Shown piece by piece: positions 8,333-16,851 of a DNA stretch of 24,350 nt. How positions within the stretch are numbered: the first letter of the stretch is position 1; each line of letters begins with the position of its first letter. Position numbers and translations under genes: made by a program. Under the pieces are notes generated by a model. The model saw only the letters and a list, made by a program, of their open reading frames with translations, was not told where the DNA came from and did not search any database. Origin of the DNA: Bacteriovoracaceae bacterium (lineage in GTDB: Bacteria > Bdellovibrionota > Bacteriovoracia > Bacteriovoracales > Bacteriovoracaceae); contig JBFGZE010000047.1 of NCBI GenBank assembly GCA_041586955.1, positions 1 through 24,350 of the forward strand. The letters run 5' to 3'.

Positions 8333-9460
8333 TTAGGCGGCCTTTTTACTTTTATTATACCATTCTGGCGCAATAAAATCTGACTTGGGGAAAGGTAGCT
8401 TATTAACAATAATATCCTCAAAAAATGTGGGGACATAATTACAGGCCACCATCTCACCCTTTAAATGGCCAGTCTCAGGGTCTTTCCCCGTTTGCACCCA
8501 ACGGAAAATATCGCGGCAAATATAGCGCCCATTTTGATCCACTCCAAGGACTTCAGAAATATGACTGGTACGCCGGCCCCCATCGGGGTAGCGACTACAT
8601 TGCACGATCACTTGTAACGCCGACGCCACCATCAAACGAATGGCATCAGGAGGTATTTTAGTGTCACCCATTAAACATAAGGTTTCAAGACGAGTGCAGG
8701 CCTCAACTGGATTATTCGCATGCACTGTCCCCATAGACCCATCATGCCCAGTATTCATAACTTGCACCAAATCAAGTGCTTCAGCGCCACGAACTTCGCC
8801 AACGATAATTCGATCAGGTCGCAAACGCATAGACGAAATAACCAGATCGCGAATTGAGACCTCTTTAATACCACGATTAGGATCTTCTTTGCGAGTTTCG
8901 AAATTAACGACATGCTCGGCCGTCACTTGTAATTCTGCGGCGTCCTCAATAATAATCAGACGCTGTGTTTTTGGAATACGACTCCCTAAAACATTGAGCA
9001 TTGTGGTCTTACCTGAGCCTGTACCGCCAGAGACGATAAGGTTTTTTCCCAGATAAATACAGATATCAAGAAAACGTGCCGCTTGCGCTGAGAGGGATCC
9101 ATAATTAATCAAGTCTGTTAATTTTAATTTTTCCTTTGAAAATTTACGAATGGCGACCGTAATACCATTTTTGGCCATAGGTGGTAAAACCACATGAATA
9201 CGTGATCCATCCAAAAGACGGGCATCAAGACGTGGGTTCTCTGAGTCAATGACTCTCCCTACTGACTGAGCAATTGCACGCATAGCAGACATAAGAGCAT
9301 CTTCTGAGGCGAATTTATTAGGGACCTTATAGACCAGACCCTTTTTTTCAACAAAGATTTCAAACGGGCCATTAATCATAATTTCACTAACACCTTCATC
9401 ATCCAATAACTCATTTATCGGAACTAATAAGGAATTAATCGCATCATTAAATACACCCAT
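8333..9460 (-). CDS. cpaF: CpaF/TadA family pilus-assembly ATPase
   Basis: VSEIMING, DARLLDGSRIHVVLPP, Walker A SGGTGSGKTT, IEDAAEL, MRLRPDRIIVGEVRGAEA, MNTGHDGSMGTVHAN. The ATG at 9460 overlaps the upstream stop (TAATG). Confidence 0.93.
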   Translation of the reverse strand: MGVFNDAINSLLVPINELLDDEGVSEIMINGPFEIFVEKKGLVYKVPNKFASEDALMSAMRAIAQSVGRVIDSENPRLDARLLDGSRIHVVLPPMAKNGITVAIRKFSKEKLKLTDLINYGSLSAQAARFLDICIYLGKNLIVSGGTGSGKTTMLNVLGSRIPKTQRLIIIEDAAELQVTAEHVVNFETRKEDPNRGIKEVSIRDLVISSMRLRPDRIIVGEVRGAEALDLVQVMNTGHDGSMGTVHANNPVEACTRLETLCLMGDTKIPPDAIRLMVASALQVIVQCSRYPDGGRRTSHISEVLGVDQNGRYICRDIFRWVQTGKDPETGHLKGEMVACNYVPTFFEDIIVNKLPFPKSDFIAPEWYNKSKKAA

Positions 9461-9915
9461 TATTCTTCCCTTGGTCTCCAAACTTTAACTTTTACTGTGC
9501 CTTCTTCTGACGCCAGTGAACGACCAATCCTTTCTTCTTCAGTAACGCGGTCTAAAACTGTAATACGGCCTGACATGGTTCCTGTTGGACAATAAAAACG
9601 GTATTGCCCAGGTTTGCTAAAAATAACGTGCCCTTCGGCAATTTCACCTTTATCTACAGATAAAAATAATTCTTTTTCTGGTAAAAAAAAGCAACCGGGT
9701 TTGTCCGTCGTATTTGTGATATAGAGCTTAAGTGACTCACCTTCAAAAAGTGAAATATCTTGGGGATAGAAGCCTTCATTACCAATAATGACCGCATGCT
9801 CGCGCCTTGGAATGTCTAATTTACGTCCCTTAAAATAGGTTGGCTCAAGCGACCAGATCGCTTGCCAAAGACAAGGGAGCAAAATAAATAGTATTAAACA
9901 AAAAGACTTTTTCAT
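9460..9915 (-). CDS. Exported cupredoxin-domain protein (CupA/EfeO-type)
   Basis: GAGGA RBS before MKKS; signal or TM segment; GFYPQDISL, PGCFFL and KPGQYRFYCPTGTMSGRITV fit the cupredoxin pattern. Confidence 0.78.
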   Translation of the reverse strand: MKKSFCLILFILLPCLWQAIWSLEPTYFKGRKLDIPRREHAVIIGNEGFYPQDISLFEGESLKLYITNTTDKPGCFFLPEKELFLSVDKGEIAEGHVIFSKPGQYRFYCPTGTMSGRITVLDRVTEEERIGRSLASEEGTVKVKVWRPREE

Positions 9916-9950
9916 CTTGTCTATCCTCATAGGACGATTCATCATTAATG

Positions 9951-9978
9951 CTATCGTCATAACGAGGACAAAACTTGA
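9951..9978 (-). promoter_or_regulatory. Putative sigma-28 (FliA) promoter of the cupredoxin-tadA operon
   Basis: Minus strand TCAAGTTT-N12-GACGATAG versus consensus TAAAGTTT-N11/12-GCCGATAA, 35 bp upstream of ATG 9915. Confidence 0.5.
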
Positions 9979-10020
9979 GCAATTTAGTCCTAGATCTATT
10001 TAAGTTATTAAAATAAGATA

Positions 10021-11538
10021 CTAATTCCCGGCCCGCCCCTGCTTGCGGCGCCACTCCCTAAACTCTTTAGTCGCACGAATGGGCGCCAAATCATTATCCT
10101 TATCCAGATGCTTCCAATTGGAAAAACCGAATGACTTGGCCATATTCAAGTACTTCAAACTAAGTCCCACCTGCTTTTTCCCAGCATGGGAACAGGCCAA
10201 ATTATAACAACCCTCTGGCGAGTCTAAGTGACATGACTTTTGATAAAAAGAATGTGCCTTTTTCCTCTCATGACGATTTTGATAAATCAGCCCTAGGTTT
10301 GAGCAGGCCATGGCCTCTCCCAAATCACAGGCCTTTTCATAAAATAATTGCGCCTGCTTCTCTTTACCCATATCTTCCATTAAAAGACCGCTATTAAAAC
10401 AGGCCGCCGACTTTTCCAACTCACAACTATCTTTAAAGCTTGAAAGTCCTTTATCTAAATTTTTCATTTGATGAATAGAGGCAACGGCCTTCTTTTTGTA
10501 TTCCATGGCCTTCTTCTTTTTGCCTTGCCCTTGATAAAATTCCCATAAAGTGATGCAGGCATAACCTTCTTTTTCATGGCAGTATTCTTTCAAGCGATCA
10601 AATGATTGTTGATTTTTATTATATTCGTAATCTAAGCGTGCGACCCAAACACAAGCGGCCTTGGCCTTTAATTGACAGCCTTTTAATAGAAATTTCATCG
10701 GACGCTCACGCTTTTTAAAATTGGTCTTTTGCAGGAGAATTAGGCCTAAGCGTTGACAATCCATGCCGTCACCTTTTTCACAGCCCTTTTCCAATTTTTT
10801 CTCGTCACCCTTAAGTGCAATTGATTGACCACCTAATAATTTATGAGGACTTTGATAGCGAATAGAGCTAAAGGCGCGTAATAACTTATTGTTTTGAGAA
10901 AGAGCTTTCGCTCCCTTTTTCTCATCTAATGCCCAATTAATTTCTTTATACCAATTGGGGTTATGCACCTTTTCTTTATAATCCGGGTGGAAAACAAGTC
11001 CTTCTTTAGAAGTTAGTGGGGTGCCCACTCCCCGCCCTTTTAACTTCCCCATGACCACGCCATTATGAACGGCCAAGATCGAGCGGCCTTTTTCATGATG
11101 GGCAAAAAACTTAGTTCCTCGCACACCCATAAGCGCCAAAGGAGTTTTAATCAGTAAGCGATTTTTTTTGTTTTTATTAAGAAACTCTATGACCATACCG
11201 CCGAAACGTAAAAAGAAGGAGCGTTTGAGAATTCTACCCCATTTATTATGGCCCTCTAGCAAGGCCTCTATTTTTAATTCAGAATTTTTAGTTAATTTAA
11301 AACGGCTTTTTAGCTTCTCACCATAGGCGACAATGATAATACCATTTTGCCCGGTAGTGAGAATATCACCAGCAGACAAGAGGTCCCCTTTACCGATTTT
11401 TCGTTTTTCACCCGAACGGGAGAAACCAACATCTCCAGCGACAAAAATAATTTTTCCGAGAATTTCTTCGGCCTGTATTGATGGCCGGACACAGAAGAAT
11501 AGTCCAAAGACATAAGAAATTAATACAAAAACCTTCAT
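10021..11538 (-). CDS. Exported FecR-domain protein with six Cys-bridged Sel1/Hcp-like repeats and a C-terminal TPR cap
   Basis: FecR-like GDILTTGQNG and IKTPLALMGVRGTKF; six C-x7-C repeats; terminal YNLACSHA...GFSNWKHLDKDNDLAPIR. Confidence 0.8.
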   Translation of the reverse strand: MKVFVLISYVFGLFFCVRPSIQAEEILGKIIFVAGDVGFSRSGEKRKIGKGDLLSAGDILTTGQNGIIIVAYGEKLKSRFKLTKNSELKIEALLEGHNKWGRILKRSFFLRFGGMVIEFLNKNKKNRLLIKTPLALMGVRGTKFFAHHEKGRSILAVHNGVVMGKLKGRGVGTPLTSKEGLVFHPDYKEKVHNPNWYKEINWALDEKKGAKALSQNNKLLRAFSSIRYQSPHKLLGGQSIALKGDEKKLEKGCEKGDGMDCQRLGLILLQKTNFKKRERPMKFLLKGCQLKAKAACVWVARLDYEYNKNQQSFDRLKEYCHEKEGYACITLWEFYQGQGKKKKAMEYKKKAVASIHQMKNLDKGLSSFKDSCELEKSAACFNSGLLMEDMGKEKQAQLFYEKACDLGEAMACSNLGLIYQNRHERKKAHSFYQKSCHLDSPEGCYNLACSHAGKKQVGLSLKYLNMAKSFGFSNWKHLDKDNDLAPIRATKEFREWRRKQGRAGN

Positions 11539-11724
11539 TAAGACCCCTTATTTACTCTCTATTGTAAAAAGGGATGGCCATATCTCTTAATGAATTCTTT
11601 GCAAAAAAGTGAATCGGCCATCAACCTCTTGATTTTATTCTATTATAAGGAGAAATAAAATCAATTCAATGAAGATTAAGAGGTTATTCTAGTGCCATAA
11701 AGAGTAGACGTCGTACCACCGCGC

Positions 11725-13038
11725 CTAATAATAAGCGCGGCACCTCGTGCGATAAAAACCTTCTCCCCAACGAGCATCCACCGAATCATTAGGATGCGTA
11801 GACATTTGGCGCTGACGTAAACGACGCCAAAGAGTACGCAAGGACATGGAGTGCCCTGGCTTCCAGTGAATAGGACAGAATTGGAGCAGCTCTCTTTCAT
11901 GAGCGCTATTAAAAAATATGGCCCGTACTAATCTTAGCGACCTGGGAGATAATTCACTCAAGTCCCCTTCTTTCCGAATGTCATTATATCCATCTTTAAC
12001 TGACTCTATGGTCTTCTTAAGAGCGCTATCCCGTGCAGGGGTGGAGTAGGCATCATATTCTTGATAATTCATACAACGACCGCGAATATCTCTCGCCGCG
12101 CGCAAACCTTGGTTAACGTTCTCCACTCTGGCCCTCCCCTCCTCGCAAGCATTACGCAAAAGACGATTGATCAGAAGATCTGGGGTTTCTAACTGGGTCG
12201 CCAATTTTTCCCGCACATACTTAAAAAAGGATTTGGGCCCTAAACGATTGACCAGATGATATTGTTCTGTAGAAGCATCCAGGTAAGAGGGAATCGAACT
12301 TATTGGTTTTAATAAATTCTCTGGCCGCCGAAAGCGTTTAAAACCAAAAATATCATGGGGCGGATTGACAAACTCCCGCTCCCTCCGGCGCAACATCGGC
12401 AGACCCTTGTCAGCACGCGCCTGAGTAGAGAAAATGACATCAAAGGTCCCATTAGGATTGACCTTTTTAATATTATAAACATGGCGTATGGTCTCTCCAA
12501 AACGCGCCTCGATTTGATAAGTAAAATGATCCCCTCCCCGTACTTTATCAATTTTAATAGGATAGGAATCATACTTATTAAATGAAATGGTGCCCGCCTG
12601 GTCAGAGACATATTGAATGAATTTATAAAGTCTTTTTTCTTGCGAATGGTAACGATCAAATTTAGTTGTGCGATTGCTCAAGAGTCGAGAGGCATTTCTA
12701 TCCCGGACCCGACGGCAATTTCGTCTCCCCCAAAAATTACGTCGGCATTTTGAGCGAGTGCCCGAGGGATTTCTGATCACAAAAGGGAGGCCATATTGAC
12801 TAGCAAAAATCGCGCGAAAAGCGTAGGCAGCATCGGCACAGTCGGGCCTTAGACCATAATATGGACTATGCTTATCGACAAACATATTGCGGTTCACCTC
12901 GGAAGACCTCATAAACTCCCCGTAACGCCGCTCCCATTCATCGTTCCATTCTCTATAATCATTCCAGACTTCTGCTTGAAGAAGACCTCCTATTAGGATG
13001 AAGAGTCCCATAAAAATTTTTACCAGACTTAACTGCAT
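11725..13038 (-). CDS. Secreted hypothetical protein, possible papain-like/NlpC-P60-type Cys-His hydrolase
   Basis: AGGGAG RBS before MQLSLVKIF (13038), signal peptide ending LLQA; DCADAAY, RGGDHF and RHVYNI motifs. The CDS is confident; the function is tentative. Confidence 0.7.
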   Translation of the reverse strand: MQLSLVKIFMGLFILIGGLLQAEVWNDYREWNDEWERRYGEFMRSSEVNRNMFVDKHSPYYGLRPDCADAAYAFRAIFASQYGLPFVIRNPSGTRSKCRRNFWGRRNCRRVRDRNASRLLSNRTTKFDRYHSQEKRLYKFIQYVSDQAGTISFNKYDSYPIKIDKVRGGDHFTYQIEARFGETIRHVYNIKKVNPNGTFDVIFSTQARADKGLPMLRRREREFVNPPHDIFGFKRFRRPENLLKPISSIPSYLDASTEQYHLVNRLGPKSFFKYVREKLATQLETPDLLINRLLRNACEEGRARVENVNQGLRAARDIRGRCMNYQEYDAYSTPARDSALKKTIESVKDGYNDIRKEGDLSELSPRSLRLVRAIFFNSAHERELLQFCPIHWKPGHSMSLRTLWRRLRQRQMSTHPNDSVDARWGEGFYRTRCRAYY

Positions 13039-13163
13039 CGCGAACTCCCTGTTAAAAGGCCTAATTAAACCCGTAACAGGATGAGAAATTTTATACAAGG
13101 AATTAAATCTTACTTTCTTTTGTTAGAAAGTTGAACGCCACGAATTACGACTTAATTAGTTCA

Positions 13164-14045
13164 CTATCCGTGATGAGAGACAAGCTTATTGCCAGCTAGT
13201 TTTCTTGACTTAATATGTCCAGCTGCATACCAAATAATCAAAGGAACAAGGCCATGAGGAAGACGAAAAATTAATTCTGGCATCCATCGCAAAAAAGTAT
13301 CCACTTGCTCAAAGACTTGTGGATGAGAAAGTGGTCGGGCCAAGCTAGTCGCCATCCCCCAGGGGATCATAAATATAAGACTAGGCATAAGAAAACGACG
13401 AAACCAAATCCCAATCGAACAAATAACGTCCAAACTTCCCATTATTTTTAAAATAAACCGGGCCTGGTTTTCATTGACCCCTAGAATCTCAATAACCATA
13501 TCAATAAAAGGGCCTGGAGTTGGATAGATATTTAAAGCATAAAGCCCGTGCCCAATAAAGGTCAAACTCGTGGCCACCTTTAAAAAAACAGTTAAGGCCT
13601 GACCACTCATTTTTAGTTGACGGCAATGGGCCACCATCCATAAGAAAGGAACTAAAATTTGAATCCCATGCTCAATTAACTGGGCCGCCATAAGATCCTT
13701 ACTCTGCCAACTAAGTCCAACAAAAACCGTAAGTATCAACCAACTGATAAAAGGTATGATCATCATTTTTTGAGAGTGCCATTTTTTCTGAAATAAAATA
13801 AACACACTAGATAGTAAAAAAAGTAAAGAGACCGCCAAAGACGCTTTCTGACAAAAAGCATCGGTTGAGGAGTGAATGGCATACTCTGTCCATGAGGTAA
13901 GGCCAAAAAAGGAAATAAAGGGGCCCATGACTTCTTCATTCCACAAAATGGCCCTTACTGGCGCATCGTAAAAATAATACAGAATACCACGCCCAAGAAA
14001 TATAAGTGCGGCACTGAGAGTTAGAAGCCAATTCATCATACCCAC
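13164..14045 (-). CDS. Polytopic integral membrane protein of unknown function
   Basis: About 7-8 hydrophobic segments, conserved-looking IEHG, TFIGHGLYA and RLPHG motifs; starts 6 bp after the phosphatase stop. Alternative ATGs at 14039/14036. Confidence 0.75.
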   Translation of the reverse strand: MGMMNWLLTLSAALIFLGRGILYYFYDAPVRAILWNEEVMGPFISFFGLTSWTEYAIHSSTDAFCQKASLAVSLLFLLSSVFILFQKKWHSQKMMIIPFISWLILTVFVGLSWQSKDLMAAQLIEHGIQILVPFLWMVAHCRQLKMSGQALTVFLKVATSLTFIGHGLYALNIYPTPGPFIDMVIEILGVNENQARFILKIMGSLDVICSIGIWFRRFLMPSLIFMIPWGMATSLARPLSHPQVFEQVDTFLRWMPELIFRLPHGLVPLIIWYAAGHIKSRKLAGNKLVSHHG

Positions 14046-14051
14046 TAATCC

Positions 14052-16685
14052 TTAATGAGAAAATTTAATAATCAAACGCGGTGCCTTCTTGGCATCTCCG
14101 TTAAACGAGTAAGCGCGTCTCAAACCTTTCCCTATGATAACAAAAGAAAGTGTTTTATGCGAAGGCCATGTTTCCTGACCAATGGCCTCTGTCACCAATG
14201 CACTGAGATCAGAAGTTCTTTGCGCCTTGCCAGCTCCGTTGGAGCGCCATGGCCCTGGTTGCCACACGGCGACGGCCGCAGAGAGAGTGATATCATCAAG
14301 AAAGCGACGTCTACTACGAAGATCACGAAAGCCTCCATAATGGATGTCGAGCATTGCTTCTCCATCTGAATCTCCTTTCGCCGTAAATTGGATATATGCC
14401 TGTTCAATATGCGCGCCTTGAGGAATTTCTAAATTACGAAAAACCAAACCAACTTTTTGATCCCGTCCATTACCGCCTTTATCATCAACTAATTCTAGAT
14501 CACTCGATGAAAAGTACATATTTCCCCGTTTGGACATTTCGGCATCATCATCGCTACTTTGAATTCTCGCCAAGACCATTTGAGAGAGAGGCGCATCGTC
14601 TTCAGCTGGTTCCCGCCCAATAGGATTCGGTTCATCAATAATTTCCTCAGGGGCTAAATAATCGACAATGATCTTAGGAGCATGTGCAGGAGAACCTTCA
14701 TAAGAATAGGCACGACGTGTTCCGGCCCCTTTAATTCTAAAGGCCAAGGCAGAATTATTTTTATAAAGCTTATCCTCTACCATCGCTTGAACCAAAGGTT
14801 TTAGGCCTGGTGTCGAATAAACACCTCCTTTTTTCCAAGAGCTCATCGTCCAGGAAATCGTTTCGTCATAAGAGTTTCTCTCTTTTAATGATTTACCACT
14901 ATTGAAAATCTTATTATCAGCTACGGTAAGACCTTCAATCACCGTCTGGCCAATTCCAGAAGAGCTACCTTTGGCGGTAAAGACAATCTCTGCGTTAATA
15001 ATTTGAGCATTTTTTGGAATTGATAGTCCTCTAAAGCGCACCCCAATGATCTGATTTCTCCCTGAGGAATCACCATCACTCACAATTTCTAAATCGCTAC
15101 TATTAGTATAAAGTCGACCGCTACGGCGAAACTCCACATCATCAATCCCATCTTTAATAGTGGCCAAGGATCGCTGCGGTAAATGACCGAAGCTCAATTT
15201 CAACACACGAGAGGCCTTTTCATGCATCTTAACCTTTAACTCGTAAAGGCCAAAGTCTTTTGGATCAAAAGTAAAGCGATAGGGTTGAGTAGCAGTTCTT
15301 GCATACTCAACGCCATCAACAAACAAAACCACATCACTATTTTCTGATGGAGGATTTTCTACCTCAACCTTAATGGAAACAGGAACCAATTCTTTAAAAT
15401 GAGCAAGCCCACTATCCGTTTTAATCTTAATTTTCATTTCTGGTTTTGGTGTACCAATCGTCACAACGGCACCGCTTTGAGGTCGCCACAGTGTTAATTT
15501 ATTTGGCGCCTTAAAGCGATCATCTTTATCCACACTCCCTACACTTTCGGCATTGTGCGTTTTCACAGTGCGCACTTCAATCCGGTCTTCAAACACATGA
15601 ATCCATTTAACCTGATTAAACTTGCCAGAAGCACGAGTCCATTTCTTGTCATCATTATTCGATCTTAAAGGGGCACCCCAACAACCTTCGCCGACAAAGA
15701 CCATGCCTTTTTTATCATCACGAATAAAACCTTCATCATGGCCGGAGTCATAACTTGGTCTCACTGGATAAGTGGTTTTAACGGTATGGGCATCACTCTC
15801 CATCACCAAACGAACTTGGTGCTGATAAAATAAAGGCGCCCAATGTTTATATTGCCGACTCCCTTCACTTTTTCCTCTCGTATGAGGCCTCATGGGCTTG
15901 TGATAAAAGGCCATCCGATGTTTAAAACGATCCGACTTTTGCAATTCTTTATTAAGCCAATTGGTTTGATTGCCAGAAATAGAACTCTCTGTATTCAAAG
16001 CAAAAACATTGACAAGGTCACCGCCCAGCTGAGTGGAATAATAGACGCCAGGGGTAGTATCAAATAAATACTCCAGATCAGTATTGCGCGACTCGTGATT
16101 GCCACGGGCAGTGATAATGGGGAATAATTGGCCATCTTTAGCAATCGTTAATTGCCAATCATTAAACCACCTTTTCCATTGAGAATTAGTGCCACTACCA
16201 GTCATATCTCCGGCAAAAATAACGGCATCGGGGCGCAATTGGCGAACAATGAGATTGCCATTTCGCCGAGGTGTACGGTTATTACGAGAATCCCCGCCCG
16301 CAATAATCGTCATTGGCGTTTTCGAATCATTATGCGATGTTTTAAACCAATAGCGGGGTGAATGACCTCGGGCGCCAGCGATCACGATAAAGTATTGAGT
16401 ACTGGGCCTAAGACCAGTAAGACGGGAAAAGGCATTATTCATCCCTTTATAGAGATGATGCGTTTGTGCCTTTTGCTTAAAACGGTATTTGCTAATATCT
16501 ATGCCATGATCGACAGTATCAAAATACACGATATCTGAATTATTTGAACTGGCGCCAGCATCCCAACCAATGGTAGCTGTGGTAGCGGTATCACCACGCC
16601 AAATAAGGCGGATGCGAGAAGGTGCGGCGTCAATTCTCGCCACGATTCCAATTAAAAGTCCCAATAAAATAAATTGTTTAAGCAC
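14052..16685 (-). CDS. Secreted purple-acid-phosphatase-family metallophosphoesterase with FN3, Ig-like and two repeated C-terminal domains
   Basis: GTG 16685 with AGGGGG RBS and signal peptide (…RIDA/AP); LTGLRPSTQY (FN3/PAP-N); GGDSR, AGDMT, RGNHE and YHKP metal motifs; VVLFVDG...PYRFTF Ig-like domain; duplicated DD.E...SSDLE.V domain. Confidence 0.85.
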   Translation of the reverse strand: MLKQFILLGLLIGIVARIDAAPSRIRLIWRGDTATTATIGWDAGASSNNSDIVYFDTVDHGIDISKYRFKQKAQTHHLYKGMNNAFSRLTGLRPSTQYFIVIAGARGHSPRYWFKTSHNDSKTPMTIIAGGDSRNNRTPRRNGNLIVRQLRPDAVIFAGDMTGSGTNSQWKRWFNDWQLTIAKDGQLFPIITARGNHESRNTDLEYLFDTTPGVYYSTQLGGDLVNVFALNTESSISGNQTNWLNKELQKSDRFKHRMAFYHKPMRPHTRGKSEGSRQYKHWAPLFYQHQVRLVMESDAHTVKTTYPVRPSYDSGHDEGFIRDDKKGMVFVGEGCWGAPLRSNNDDKKWTRASGKFNQVKWIHVFEDRIEVRTVKTHNAESVGSVDKDDRFKAPNKLTLWRPQSGAVVTIGTPKPEMKIKIKTDSGLAHFKELVPVSIKVEVENPPSENSDVVLFVDGVEYARTATQPYRFTFDPKDFGLYELKVKMHEKASRVLKLSFGHLPQRSLATIKDGIDDVEFRRSGRLYTNSSDLEIVSDGDSSGRNQIIGVRFRGLSIPKNAQIINAEIVFTAKGSSSGIGQTVIEGLTVADNKIFNSGKSLKERNSYDETISWTMSSWKKGGVYSTPGLKPLVQAMVEDKLYKNNSALAFRIKGAGTRRAYSYEGSPAHAPKIIVDYLAPEEIIDEPNPIGREPAEDDAPLSQMVLARIQSSDDDAEMSKRGNMYFSSSDLELVDDKGGNGRDQKVGLVFRNLEIPQGAHIEQAYIQFTAKGDSDGEAMLDIHYGGFRDLRSRRRFLDDITLSAAVAVWQPGPWRSNGAGKAQRTSDLSALVTEAIGQETWPSHKTLSFVIIGKGLRRAYSFNGDAKKAPRLIIKFSH

Positions 16686-16851
16686 AGAAAGGCCCCCTGA
16701 CCATATATGAGGTATAAACTCATTATAAAATCGCTGAAGACCCGATGGAATGGGGCAAAAGGTACCCTCAAGATAATTTTTATAGATGGTCAAAGGAAAG
16801 GTTGCGACGAACCGGCCATAAATGGTAAGTATTCGAATTAAGGAGAAAATC

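Noticed and set aside
8425..9056. Antisense and alternate-frame short ORFs inside long genes (here and throughout the track)
   Set aside because: Shadow ORFs fully overlapping well-supported CDSs, with no motifs.
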